Assembly (NCBI GenBank): GCA_045540755.1
Contig: JAZQHV010000082.1
Span: forward strand, 24,952 to 88,951
Length of the DNA stretch: 64,000 nt
Direction of reading: 5' to 3'
Source of the DNA: Eubacteriales bacterium
GTDB lineage: Bacteria > Bacillota > Clostridia > Oscillospirales > CAG-272
The notes below the pieces were generated by a model. It had not been told where the DNA came from and made no database searches. It saw only the letters and a program-made list of their open reading frames with translations. Below, one piece after another: positions 1 to 10,060 of this stretch. The translations under genes and the position numbers were made by a program. Numbering within the stretch: the first letter of the stretch is position 1; each line of letters begins with the position of its first letter.

Positions 1-382
1 AAAGGGAAGGCGAGCAGAGATATCTGCCCGAAAACAGATAGGCATCATCCTCCGGGTGCAGGTAGTTTACTACCGTGCCGACGGTCTCCCCCGTCCGCGC
101 AAGGCGCACGCGGCTCTTTTTTTCACCGGCGGCAACAAAAAATTCGTAATCGGTATCTGTTTGCAACCCCATAATGTCAAAAGCAGTATCGGGAGTTTCG
201 CCGCATATCGAAAATGCTTCCTCGCCGCGCACACGGCAGAAGACCGTGTATGTTTCGCCGATATCCAGCCATTCAAAGTGAATAGTGGTTTTAGAGGGGG
301 CAATGCGACAAATATAAATATCGCCCGTTTCCCACAAAAAGGGTTTGTAGGGAGTATAGCTCCACGTGCTTTGTCCTTGCAT
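1..382 (-). CDS. hypothetical protein, N-terminal 127 codons only (gene runs off left edge)
   Basis: ATG at 382-380 is preceded by GGAGG (392-388, 5-nt spacer) that overlaps the end of the upstream aldolase gene. The frame stays open to position 1 (MQGQSTWSYTPYKPFLWETGDIYICR...). It is absent from the ORF track because there is no stop in the window. No family recognised. Confidence 0.55.
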   Translation of the reverse strand, partial: MQGQSTWSYTPYKPFLWETGDIYICRIAPSKTTIHFEWLDIGETYTVFCRVRGEEAFSICGETPDTAFDIMGLQTDTDYEFFVAAGEKKSRVRLARTGETVGTVVNYLHPEDDAYLFSGRYLCSPSL

Positions 383-392
383 AGTAACCTCC

Positions 393-1301
393 TTATATGC
401 CTACAGTCTGCCGCGCGATCTCGGTGAGTCTGTACACGTCCTCGAGTTCATGTGCAAGAGCAGGGAGCGTGGTGTCCTTGACCGAGCGGCAGACGTCTGT
501 AATGGGAAGTCCCTCGTATTTTGCAAGATAGCGCTTGGCGCAGATAGGATAGCACCGCGCTTCGATGACCGAGAGCATACCGAGATACTTGTCGAGCGTG
601 TCTGCACGCGGGTCGTCGCGGTGCTCATACATCCAGACGTACAGATCCGGGTGAAAATTTGCCATCACACCCGAAAAGCCGTTGTAGCCAAAGCGGAGCG
701 AGTCGAGGAGCGTTGCGCAGTTGGCATTGTACAACCCGAAGTCCTTGTCAAATGCCGAGCGGAGCTTCTCACGGCGGCACATGACTTCCGTGTCGCAGGC
801 GGTATCCTTGAGAAAACGGAAGCGCCCTGTTTTCACAACAGCCTCAAATTCGCGGTCGGTCAGGTGTTGCCAGTGCGGATAAGGGCACTCGTAAAAGCCG
901 AGCGCGATCTCTTCGGGGATCTCGCGGCAGATGCGTTCCAGATTCCGCAAAAATTCGTCCTCGCTTTCGCCAAGACGGTTGCGCAGGAATACAAGCCCGT
1001 CCGCACCAATGTCGGCAATGCGTTTTGCCTCTTCGATCTGAGTATCAATTCTCTCCGTGGTCATGCCCGACACGACCACGGGGATCTTTCCCTTGTACTT
1101 TTCCATTGTCAGTCTGCCGATGGCGAGTTTTTCCTCCATGGTGAGGAAAAACATCTCGGTTGATTGGCAAACAGCAAACATACCGTGCACACCGCGCGCA
1201 AGATACCAGTCGAGCAGAGCGCTTTGTGCGCCGAGGTCTACGGCACCGTTTGTATCGTAAGCGACGAGCATCGTCGGAATAATTCCACCTTGCAGTTTCA
1301 T
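393..1301 (-). CDS. DapA/NanA-family (class I aldolase type) protein
   Basis: 302-aa ORF with family-typical length and motifs, including a candidate Schiff-base Lys in RFRFLKDTACD. Tightly linked to the downstream partial ORF. Confidence 0.75.
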   Translation of the reverse strand: MKLQGGIIPTMLVAYDTNGAVDLGAQSALLDWYLARGVHGMFAVCQSTEMFFLTMEEKLAIGRLTMEKYKGKIPVVVSGMTTERIDTQIEEAKRIADIGADGLVFLRNRLGESEDEFLRNLERICREIPEEIALGFYECPYPHWQHLTDREFEAVVKTGRFRFLKDTACDTEVMCRREKLRSAFDKDFGLYNANCATLLDSLRFGYNGFSGVMANFHPDLYVWMYEHRDDPRADTLDKYLGMLSVIEARCYPICAKRYLAKYEGLPITDVCRSVKDTTLPALAHELEDVYRLTEIARQTVGI

Positions 1302-1310
1302 GTTGTCTCC

Positions 1311-2165
1311 TTATTGTCTGGTAGTATCTTTTCTGTATTGGCTAAGGGTACAGCCCTCCTTGTTGCGGAAAAAGCGTGCCAGCGAATATTCGCTTGTAAA
1401 GCCGCTCAAAAAAGCAATTTCGTGCAGGGCGTATTCGGTCGTGGCGAGCAGCTCACGGATATAGAAGCACCGTTCCTCGTCGAGGATTTGCCGCGGTGTC
1501 TTTCCGACTGCTTTTACGGTAATGCGGCTTAGATGACGGCGGCTGAGATGAAATGTCTCGGAAAGATCGTTTACTGTTGGAAAGTTACTGCCAAGACGGC
1601 TGCGAATGAAGGTATATATACGCTCAACAAGCTCATTTTGACCGTCGGATTTGATCCGCGGCGGCGTTCCGAGTTCTGCTGCGGGAAGAATCAGTTGTAA
1701 AAGTTCAAAGAAAAACGCTTCGGTCAGGCAGCGGATCTGCAGCCCCGCTATGGACGGTTTCCCACCGGGAAGCAGGATGAGCAGTTCAGCCATCTGCCGC
1801 AGAATCAAGGATTCCTTGCAAACACCGAGAGGAATGTGGAACAATGCATCCGCCAATACGGCGTCAGTGAGTTGTACATCAAACGCAAACACCAATTTCC
1901 GCGTATGCGGCAGTGCGGCGAAGATTTCATGATAGTTCTCGGGCGGTACAAGCAGAAGATCTCCGGCACTCAGGTGATGCATTTCTCCTGCAACACGAAA
2001 ATCCATTCCGCCGTCCAGTACGTATTGCAGCTCATACAGTTTGTGCTTTGCGTTGGCGGTTAACAGACTTTCGTTATCCGACAGGACCTGTCGAAGCCAA
2101 GCAACGGTCAATGTCCCAAAATCGCCATTTATTTTAATGTAATAGCGACTTAACTTTTTTTGCAT
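1311..2165 (-). CDS. AraC-family transcriptional regulator (cupin + HTH)
   Basis: 284 aa. N-terminal cupin-like region (LLLVPPENYHEI). C-terminal AraC double HTH (LSRRHLSRITVKAVGKTPRQIL...IAFLSGFTSEYSLARFFRNKEGCTLSQYRK). Confidence 0.85.
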   Translation of the reverse strand: MQKKLSRYYIKINGDFGTLTVAWLRQVLSDNESLLTANAKHKLYELQYVLDGGMDFRVAGEMHHLSAGDLLLVPPENYHEIFAALPHTRKLVFAFDVQLTDAVLADALFHIPLGVCKESLILRQMAELLILLPGGKPSIAGLQIRCLTEAFFFELLQLILPAAELGTPPRIKSDGQNELVERIYTFIRSRLGSNFPTVNDLSETFHLSRRHLSRITVKAVGKTPRQILDEERCFYIRELLATTEYALHEIAFLSGFTSEYSLARFFRNKEGCTLSQYRKDTTRQ

Positions 2166-2322
2166 ATATACGTTTCCATTCCTGTTAAATCTTTGGTTTT
2201 ATTGTATCACAGTTGATTGGCATATACAAGAGTATGTCCTGTTTTGTTATTTTTTTGTCCTGTAGCGTGATTGCCCTGCAGTATACAAGTATGCTATCAT
2301 GAAAGCACAGGAGGCGAAGAAT

Positions 2323-5300
2323 ATGAAACGAAAGATAATTGCGCTTTTGATTGCTTCAATTTTGAGTGTATCCGTCTCTGCTGCAGAGATCACCGTCTGG
2401 AATCGTGAGATCGAGCATCCCGCGACGGAGGCGAATACAGGAAACATGAACAGTATCCCGTATAACAATCCGGATGCTGTCATGGATCTGGAAGCGGGAA
2501 CATGGGTAAAACCCGCCGTAATGGATTATGACGGAGACGGATATTGGGATATCGTTGCCGGCGGTACCGGAATCGGATACAGCGGTACTTACGTGTTTTA
2601 CGGTGATAAGGATTCTGCAGAAACTTTGCTGATGAGCAAGGCGGATAGGGTTGCTGATTCGAAGAGGTACCTGTTTGCTACCTATTTGTATGACAAAATT
2701 GAGAAAGATGGGAAATATACCTATGCATATCAGGACACGGTGTTGTTTTACAACAGCCCCTATGCTTTTTCTGATTTCGAGAATACCCAATATACAAACG
2801 GAGTTCCCCATGGGGCGGATGTGCAATGGCCGTACGCGCAAACCCGTGATAATGCGCGGAGCCTTGTGGATTTTGACGGCGATGGCGTGTACGACCTGAT
2901 CCGTGCAGTAGACAGTTGGACAGAGTACGGCGGTCTTACCGGCAATGCTTACACGGCTGACGGCACTTGGGGAGACGGAGACGATCCGTTGCACGGCTTT
3001 GTGATGTGGGCAAAGAACTATGGCACAAACGAAGCCCCAAGCTATGCAAAAACGGGCACGACGATCTGTGTGAACGGGGACATCGACACCCCAATTGACA
3101 CCTATGGTGGCGCGTATCCGAATTTTTATGATTTTGACGGCGACGGCGACCTTGACCTTATTTGCAGCAATTTTGTTGACGACATTCTCTACTATCAAAA
3201 TGTAGGCAGTGCCACCGCTCCTGTCTATGCAGAGGGCGTTCAGGTGCTGCAGGTAGAGCTATGTATGCCTGCGACAACGGTATTTGACTGGGACGGCGAC
3301 GGTGACTTCGACCTTTTGATCGGCGAGGAGGACGGCAGGATCGGTTATTATGCCAATACGGGTGTGTTTGCCGAAAACGGTGCCCCTGTTTTTGAACCTT
3401 GCCGTTATTTTCAAACGCCTGCCGATACGCTTTCTGTCGGTATGTTGAATACGCCGTTTTCCATTGACTGGGACAGTGACGGTGATGAGGACCTCTTTTC
3501 GGGGGATTCTGCCGGCTTTTTCAACTATGTGCAAAATTTGAGTATAGAAGAAGACCGAAGCTTGACCGATCCTTCTTTTGCACCGCCCGTGCGCCTGACT
3601 GATGAAAATGGCAACGTGATCCGCATTCTTGCAGGACGTGAAGGCTCTGTGCAGGGACCGTCCGAGGAGAAATGGGGTTACACGGTTATTTCCATGGGCG
3701 ACTGGGACGGAGATGGGGATGCGGACATCCTTGCCAATAGCATTTGGGGCAAGATCGTATGGCTGGAAAACCGCGGAAGCGATGCAGCAGACCCCACGCT
3801 GGATTTCTCTGCACCGAAAAGAGTAGAGGTGGACGATCCCACGCCTGAAAAGCCCTTGTGGAACTGGTGGGATCCCGAACCCTATGAGTTGGTTACCCAG
3901 TGGCGCACCACGCCGTACATGATTGATCTGCCGATCAAGGATACGGACGGGGACGGCAAACTTGACGGGGACGGGCTGATGGATATTGTTATGCTGGACA
4001 GCCACGGCTATCTTGCATTTTATGAGCGCTTTGTAGACGAGAATGGCGTGCGGAAGCTGAAAGCACCACAGCACGTCTTCTTAGACGATGGCGGCAAAAG
4101 CCTCTCTATGACCTCCAACACCAAGGGCTCCAGTGGTCGCAGAAAGATTCTTTTGACAGATTGGGACGGAGACGGTGATCTGGACATCATCCAGAACAGC
4201 AGCTATACGGTCCGCTGGTTTGAAAATATCGGCGATGCTGAAACGCCCTATAAGTTTACCGATTTCGTTTGCCTGTATGACGAACGTGATATTGCACAGC
4301 ATTCCACCTGTCCTACAGTATGCGATTGGAATCAGGACGGTGTTCCCGATCTGATCATCGGTGCGGAGGACGGACATTTCTACTATTTCACCAACCGCAC
4401 GGAGCAATACGATCCTTCTGCAAAGAATGACGGCATTGATGCACATCTCGTTGCACATTGGGACTTCATCGGCGAAACCTTGGAGGAAAGGCTGAAAGAC
4501 AAGGCGGCAGACTCGGCATATACGGCAAGCACTACGGCAGACGACCTTACGGTTGTTGGCGGTGTTACCGTAGAGGACGGGATCGCTACCCTGGATGCAA
4601 ATGCAGGAACCTATCTGAATGCGGGAAATCTTGCCGACGTCAATCAGCCGGGGCCGATGACCGTGTTTATGCGTGTCAAACTGGTAGGGGAAACCATTAC
4701 GGATTCCTTTATCGGACTTGCGGACAAACGTGTATTTAAAACGGGTGATGATGCGAAGAACCGCGCCTATGCCTTCGGTATCTGGAAGGACTGGGGCGTT
4801 ACAGGGATCGCCCGCACGACGATACACCGTACGGGAACGCTTTTTCCTGCAAATCTTTGGCGTGAACTTGCCTTCGTCGTGGACAAAAACGCGGACGGAT
4901 ATATTACCATCACGCCGTATCTGTCAAACGGACCGTATACCGATTCTTCTTCGGACTTTGCCGCACTGACCAAAAAGACAACATCGCTTACTGCGTTAAG
5001 CACTGCAAGCATAGGGGATTTGCTGCTCGGCAGAAATCCGGATAAACTTGCGTCCGGTGTTGAGGTCGTTTTTGACGATGTACGCATTTACAATACAGCC
5101 TTGACTGCTGCGGAAATGGCGTCTATTCTGGAGTCGCCGATTTCGCTTGCCCTTGCATCGCTTTCCATAGACGGTGCGAATCTGCTCCCCGTCTTTACTC
5201 CCGAAAAGGCCGCATATACCGCGCGTGTTGCTGCCGGTGTGGAATCGGTTACCGTGCGTGCAAGTGCGGGGCAGGCTGTTATTCTCACGGTAAACGGCAC

Positions 5301-6720
5301 GGCACTCACGGACGGTGCGATCACCCTGCCGCTTGCTACGGGAGAGAATCTGATCACAGTACGCTCTGCACTGCCGGATGATGCTGCCTGCTACAATGAG
5401 TACACTGTTACCGTTACACGCGAGGATGATGGCGTGGATCTCACGGGTACGCTCGTCGGCAAATGGGATTTTGAGGGGTTGACACAAGCCGAGCAGCTCG
5501 CCGACAAAGGCGACAACAGCAGCAGTACGCCGCTTTCTGTCTATGACGGTGTTCATGAGATCAACGCCGTATGCGTAGAAAGAGGCATGGTAATATACAA
5601 GAAGGGCACGATTTCCTATCTTGTCGCCGAAGGCACCCAAGAACTGTCCATTACGGGCGACCTGACGTTGGTGGCGCGTGTAAAACTGGACGGGCACACA
5701 CCGGGGCACGGCATCATCGACCATAGAAATCTGTCGGATCCCTCCGTGCGCCCATATGCGATGTATCAGGGCTATAACGTCAGCGACCGGAGCCGCTTTG
5801 GTATCGGCGGACAGATCTCCAATACCACTTCGCACACGAAGACCGTGAGGGAGAATATGCACAGTAGCGCAAAGCTCGGCGAGTGGGTGACGCTTGCAAC
5901 GGTCGTTCGGAACGTGGAAGGAAAGATGACGATGTATCTGTATGCCTCTACGTGTGAAGATCCCACGAGCGGTGCGGATTTTGTTTTGTTGCATACGCCG
6001 CAGTCGATCTCTCCGAGTTCACTGGAGGCAACGAGCTATCCGCTTTACATCGGTAATAATCCGAGTATGACTACGTTGTACGATACCATGTATATTGATG
6101 AAGCGCGGATCTACAACGTGGCGTTGACTATGGAACAGCTTGGTGCATTGCAGATGCATGTGAAGGATACCGCCTCCATGGAAACGCTTATCCTTTATGC
6201 AAAGGAGATTTCTCGGCGTGACTACACGGAGGAGTCCTACACGGATATGCTTGCCGCACTTTCTGCCGCAAAGGCGGCACAAGGGGAGGAGATCACGCCT
6301 GCGTATCATTCTCTTGCCGACGCGATCCATGCACTCGTTCCGGTGTATCCACTAGTCATCACGCCTGCATCACTTGCAGATCTCGTTCTTTTGGCAAAGG
6401 GCGAAACGGAGGAAACGCTGGGGAAAGAGAGATATGCTTTGGTCCGGGCACGGATCGACGAGGCAGAGACCCTTTTACAGTCAACGGTATCTCCTTTGCC
6501 CGAGCCGCCCGCACTCCGCACAGCGTATCTTGCGTTGCGTTTGGCATTGGAAACGGTGCCCGGTGACGTGGACGGAGACGGAGAGGTTGATATCAAGGAT
6601 GCAATGATGGGCTTGCGGTTGTTGTTGAACGCAGAATATGACAGCCTTGCGGATGTAAACAATGACGGCTCCTTGACACTAATAGATATTATTCGTATTT
6701 TAAACCTGTCAATCGAATAA
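2323..6720 (+). CDS. secreted FG-GAP/VCBS beta-propeller - LamG x2 - cadherin-like - FIVAR-like - dockerin protein
   Basis: Start trimmed to the ATG at 2323 (AGGAGG at 2309-2314, 8-nt spacer). Signal peptide MKRKIIALLIASILSVSVSAAE. Nine DxDxDG-type repeats (DFDGDGDLDL, DWDGDGDFDLLIGEEDG, DWDSDGDEDLF, DWDGDGDADIL, DWDGDGDLDII, DWNQDGVPDLIIGAEDG...). Two LamG-type tails (DDVRIYNTALTAAEM, IDEARIYNVALTMEQL). C-terminal dockerin GDVDGDGEVDIKDAMMGL...DVNNDGSLTLIDIIRIL. Confidence 0.85.
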   Translation: MKRKIIALLIASILSVSVSAAEITVWNREIEHPATEANTGNMNSIPYNNPDAVMDLEAGTWVKPAVMDYDGDGYWDIVAGGTGIGYSGTYVFYGDKDSAETLLMSKADRVADSKRYLFATYLYDKIEKDGKYTYAYQDTVLFYNSPYAFSDFENTQYTNGVPHGADVQWPYAQTRDNARSLVDFDGDGVYDLIRAVDSWTEYGGLTGNAYTADGTWGDGDDPLHGFVMWAKNYGTNEAPSYAKTGTTICVNGDIDTPIDTYGGAYPNFYDFDGDGDLDLICSNFVDDILYYQNVGSATAPVYAEGVQVLQVELCMPATTVFDWDGDGDFDLLIGEEDGRIGYYANTGVFAENGAPVFEPCRYFQTPADTLSVGMLNTPFSIDWDSDGDEDLFSGDSAGFFNYVQNLSIEEDRSLTDPSFAPPVRLTDENGNVIRILAGREGSVQGPSEEKWGYTVISMGDWDGDGDADILANSIWGKIVWLENRGSDAADPTLDFSAPKRVEVDDPTPEKPLWNWWDPEPYELVTQWRTTPYMIDLPIKDTDGDGKLDGDGLMDIVMLDSHGYLAFYERFVDENGVRKLKAPQHVFLDDGGKSLSMTSNTKGSSGRRKILLTDWDGDGDLDIIQNSSYTVRWFENIGDAETPYKFTDFVCLYDERDIAQHSTCPTVCDWNQDGVPDLIIGAEDGHFYYFTNRTEQYDPSAKNDGIDAHLVAHWDFIGETLEERLKDKAADSAYTASTTADDLTVVGGVTVEDGIATLDANAGTYLNAGNLADVNQPGPMTVFMRVKLVGETITDSFIGLADKRVFKTGDDAKNRAYAFGIWKDWGVTGIARTTIHRTGTLFPANLWRELAFVVDKNADGYITITPYLSNGPYTDSSSDFAALTKKTTSLTALSTASIGDLLLGRNPDKLASGVEVVFDDVRIYNTALTAAEMASILESPISLALASLSIDGANLLPVFTPEKAAYTARVAAGVESVTVRASAGQAVILTVNGTALTDGAITLPLATGENLITVRSALPDDAACYNEYTVTVTREDDGVDLTGTLVGKWDFEGLTQAEQLADKGDNSSSTPLSVYDGVHEINAVCVERGMVIYKKGTISYLVAEGTQELSITGDLTLVARVKLDGHTPGHGIIDHRNLSDPSVRPYAMYQGYNVSDRSRFGIGGQISNTTSHTKTVRENMHSSAKLGEWVTLATVVRNVEGKMTMYLYASTCEDPTSGADFVLLHTPQSISPSSLEATSYPLYIGNNPSMTTLYDTMYIDEARIYNVALTMEQLGALQMHVKDTASMETLILYAKEISRRDYTEESYTDMLAALSAAKAAQGEEITPAYHSLADAIHALVPVYPLVITPASLADLVLLAKGETEETLGKERYALVRARIDEAETLLQSTVSPLPEPPALRTAYLALRLALETVPGDVDGDGEVDIKDAMMGLRLLLNAEYDSLADVNNDGSLTLIDIIRILNLSIE

Positions 6721-6721
6721 A

Positions 6722-6760
6722 TAAAAAAATACAGGCAGCTTACGGCTGCCTGTATTTTTT
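6722..6760. terminator. bidirectional intrinsic terminator
   Basis: Stem acaggcagc / gctgcctgt (6731-6739 / 6745-6753) flanked by an A-run and a T-run. Sits between convergent genes. Confidence 0.75.
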
Positions 6761-7667
6761 ATTCCAGAACCTTGAGTCCTTTTGCACGCAGGATGTCCTT
6801 GGCGCGCTCGATCTCCGCCTGCTCGGGGAGAGGTGCGCTTTCGGCATCGAGGTCGTAGGGCATTTCGATCGAAGCGTATTTCATGCTCGAAAGGCTGTGG
6901 TAGGGAAGCACACGCACGCCCTTGAGTGCGTGCAACGTTGCGAGAAAATCCGCGATCTTTTCGATCTCGCCGCTGTTCTGCTTCGGCACGTAGGGAATGC
7001 GGACCTCCATCAGCTTACCCATGCGGTCGAGATAGCGGATGTTGTCGAGAATGCACTCGTTCGGCTGTCCCGTGAGTGCCTTGTGCAGATCGGAGTCGAT
7101 CGCTTTGACGTCCACAAGGAAGGTGTCGGTGTAGGGAAGCACGCGGTCGAGCTGCTCGCGCGTGGCGAACAGGCAGGTGTCCACTGCGGTGTTGATACCC
7201 TCCGCCTTCAGACGTTGCAACAGTGCGCCACAGAACTCCGATTGCATGAGCGGCTCGCCGCCCGATATGGTTACACCGCCGCCTGAGTTCTCGTAGAATT
7301 CGCGGTCGGAAAGGAGCTTTGGCAGAATGTCCTCCACCGTGACACGCTCGCCGTAAAAGATGAGCGCATCGGCAAGGCACTCGCTTGCGCACTTGCCGCA
7401 GGCACGGCATTTTTCGCGGTCAAAGCGATGTACGCCGCCCTCCATGACGTGTGCGCCATAGGGACAGATCTCCGCGCAACGACCGCAGGAGATGCATTTG
7501 TTTTCATAGTATCCGAGCTCGCTTTTCGGAGCGATGCTTTCGGGATTGTGGCACCACTTGCAATGCAAAGGACACCCTTTGACGAACAGGGTGGTGCGCA
7601 GACCGTCACCGTCGTGGATCTCAAAGCGTTTGAGATTGACGATGCGTCCAAGCGTATTTGCCATCAT
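6759..7667 (-). CDS. glycyl-radical enzyme activating protein (radical SAM)
   Basis: 302 aa. CX3CX2C motif CPLHCKWCHNPES plus two ferredoxin-like clusters (CISCGRCAEICP, CRACGKCASEC). Its ATG overlaps the GRE stop (TGATG). Confidence 0.9.
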   Translation of the reverse strand: MMANTLGRIVNLKRFEIHDGDGLRTTLFVKGCPLHCKWCHNPESIAPKSELGYYENKCISCGRCAEICPYGAHVMEGGVHRFDREKCRACGKCASECLADALIFYGERVTVEDILPKLLSDREFYENSGGGVTISGGEPLMQSEFCGALLQRLKAEGINTAVDTCLFATREQLDRVLPYTDTFLVDVKAIDSDLHKALTGQPNECILDNIRYLDRMGKLMEVRIPYVPKQNSGEIEKIADFLATLHALKGVRVLPYHSLSSMKYASIEMPYDLDAESAPLPEQAEIERAKDILRAKGLKVLE

Positions 7668-9859
7668 CAGCCCTCCGCGTTTTCACACTGACGGATCAGA
7701 TCGTTCTGCTCTGCCTCAGTCAACTCGACGAAGTAGACGTTCCAACCGCAAAGACGAACCTGCAAGGTCTTGTACTTTTCAGGCTCCTTCTGCGCCGCGC
7801 GCAGAACGTTGGGAGAAAGCACGTTCATCTGGATCGCAAAGCCGCCGCGTTGCATGTTGGTCTTGACGAGTGCGCTCATTGCCATGAGACCGCTCTCGCC
7901 CTCTGCGGCAGAACTGTGGAGCATGATATCGAGTACCGTGCCGTCGGGCACCTTGGTGTAATCCACCGATGTTGCCGAGCGGATGAGCGCGGTAACGCCC
8001 TCCTTATCCATGGCGGTGACGGCACACATGTTTTTCGAAAGCATTTCGCCGTGCTTGCGTCCGTCGGGCGAAGCGGTCATGCGTTCGCCAAAGGAAATAC
8101 GGTAGTCGATGGAGAAGAGACCGAGACGGAATACGCCGCCGCGGTGGTTGGGTTTGCCGTTGATCTCCGAAGCAACGTAGTCTACGATGTCCTTGCCGTA
8201 TGCATCGACTTCGGCGATGCCGTTGCCGTATTTCGGGAATGCCTGGCGTACTTCACGCAGAAGCAGTTCGTGACCCTCCCAGTTGTTTTTCAGGATCTCT
8301 GCAAGTTCGGAGAGCGTCATACGCTTCTGATCGTAAACAAGCTTTTTGACCGCAGTGAGCGCGTCTACCGTGCTTGCTACACTGAAGACAACGATCGAGG
8401 AGTTGCTGTAGACTGCGCCGCCGTCGTACACGTCACGGCCACGCTCGATCGCGCTTGCAAAGGTAGAAGAAAGCAACGGTGCCTGGCTGACGTAGGGGCA
8501 ATAGTCCTCTACGGCGCAGATCTTTTCCATGGTGGCGTCGATCAGGCTCTTGATCTGTGCTTTGACGGCAGTATAGAACTCGTCAAAGGTCTTGTAACTG
8601 TCGGGATCGGCGCGTACAGAGCCGATCGGACGATCCAAATAGGGGTCAACGCCCGCATACAGGACGGTGAGCAGTGCCTTGGACATATTGACTCTGCCCG
8701 CGCAGGTCCAGGGCATCTCTTTGCCGAGGGCGCAGGGCTCGTAACAGCCGATGACGGTGTAGTTGCGCGCATCCTCGGGAGAGTCGCCGATACCGATCAG
8801 CGCCTTTTCGATCACGTTGTCGTTGACGAAAACAAAACTGCTGCGACCCATGCGGATCGAGCGGAGCACGAGCTGCAAAAACTCGTCGGGCATTTCGTCA
8901 TACCAACGGATATGGATCTTCGGGTCGTGGATATCCAGTGCCGTGTATTCCTCTACGATCAGATAGGAAAGCTCGTTGATACCCGAGGAGCCGTCCGGCA
9001 GTCTGCCGCCGAGGAAGAACGGGATGTTCGCGGTAATGTGCATCGAGTGGAACTTGTGGAAGTAGTAGCGGAAGAGCTCGCGCGCCTGTTCCTTTGTGAG
9101 TTTGCCGCTCTCGATATCGCGTTTGTAGAAGGGATAGAAGAGTCGGTCGAGACCGCCTACCGAGCGGATCGCCTCGCCCTCTACGTGCGTTTGCAGGTTA
9201 TAGAAGATCATGGAAAGCTGCATGGCCGCCAGCAGGTCGCGCGGAGCGCCCACCGTAAGCGAACGCAGACTGTCGGAGATGAAAAGCATCTTTTCGCCGC
9301 CGAGTTTCGCCGTTGCGTCGGCAAAGCGACCTACAAGGTGGATCGCCGATTCCAGCGTCGTGATTACGCAGTTGTAAAAAAGATCCTGCTCCGCGGTCTT
9401 TTCGCCGTTCTCCTTTGCCGCCTTTGCGCGGGCAAGCAGACCCGGAAGGCCCAAAGTCATAACGGCATCCCAGTCGGGTGAGCAGTGGCCGAGGTCGAGG
9501 CTGCCGGTAAACGCGAGCCCCTCAACTTCTGCGTCGTACTTTTCGATCACGTCGTTTAACGACTTCTTTTCATGACGCAGGCTACGGATCCAGCGGTCAC
9601 GGATCCTCGTGATGATATAGTCGTGACGCAAACGCTCGGGGAAAAAATCCCCCTCACGCACATCAAGTTGTGCCTTGTGCAGTACGGTCTCCAGCATCTT
9701 TGTTTTTGCCAACATGCGGTTGTCGGCATACTCTTTTTCAATAGAAAGGCATTCGTCAAGCAACGCTTCGGGCGTGACACCGCTGGTTTCGTCCCATTTG
9801 CGAACGTCGTACAGCGAAGCGATCTCAGCGCGGTCCTTTTCAAAATTTCCCCAGATCAT
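7667..9859 (-). CDS. glycyl-radical enzyme, dehydratase/PFL2-like fold, substrate unknown
   Basis: Start trimmed to the ATG at 9859 (GGAGG then 8 nt), giving 730 aa. C-terminal glycyl motif LQVRLCGWNVYF. Cys loop VIGCYEPCA. GRE-typical RSVGGLDRLFYPFY and NELSYL segments. Confidence 0.9.
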   Translation of the reverse strand: MIWGNFEKDRAEIASLYDVRKWDETSGVTPEALLDECLSIEKEYADNRMLAKTKMLETVLHKAQLDVREGDFFPERLRHDYIITRIRDRWIRSLRHEKKSLNDVIEKYDAEVEGLAFTGSLDLGHCSPDWDAVMTLGLPGLLARAKAAKENGEKTAEQDLFYNCVITTLESAIHLVGRFADATAKLGGEKMLFISDSLRSLTVGAPRDLLAAMQLSMIFYNLQTHVEGEAIRSVGGLDRLFYPFYKRDIESGKLTKEQARELFRYYFHKFHSMHITANIPFFLGGRLPDGSSGINELSYLIVEEYTALDIHDPKIHIRWYDEMPDEFLQLVLRSIRMGRSSFVFVNDNVIEKALIGIGDSPEDARNYTVIGCYEPCALGKEMPWTCAGRVNMSKALLTVLYAGVDPYLDRPIGSVRADPDSYKTFDEFYTAVKAQIKSLIDATMEKICAVEDYCPYVSQAPLLSSTFASAIERGRDVYDGGAVYSNSSIVVFSVASTVDALTAVKKLVYDQKRMTLSELAEILKNNWEGHELLLREVRQAFPKYGNGIAEVDAYGKDIVDYVASEINGKPNHRGGVFRLGLFSIDYRISFGERMTASPDGRKHGEMLSKNMCAVTAMDKEGVTALIRSATSVDYTKVPDGTVLDIMLHSSAAEGESGLMAMSALVKTNMQRGGFAIQMNVLSPNVLRAAQKEPEKYKTLQVRLCGWNVYFVELTEAEQNDLIRQCENAEG

Positions 9860-10060
9860 AGTATTACCTCCGATCTTATCCGGACGGGCTCCTCCCGCCA
9901 TGTTTCCATATTTCTCTAATTTTAGAGTAACGCAGACCGAACAAAAAGTAAATGCAACTTTCGGTTATATTTATACTTTTCGACTTACTATTTTTGCATC
10001 ATCCCTTGATTTTTTTTACATTTTTTGATTAAATAAAAACAAAAGGGGAGGTGTAGCACA

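Noticed and set aside
7658-9481. 607-aa plus-strand ORF antisense to the glycyl-radical enzyme. Similar cases are 11485..12447 (+), 23284..24396 (+), 27611..29122 (+), 28911..30023 (+), 38449..39378 (+), 40262..41320 (+) and 43744..44754 (+).
   Set aside because: These lie opposite genes with strong family motifs. They have no RBS, and their Arg/Ala/Gly/His/Val-rich low-information composition is typical of antisense frames in GC-rich DNA.
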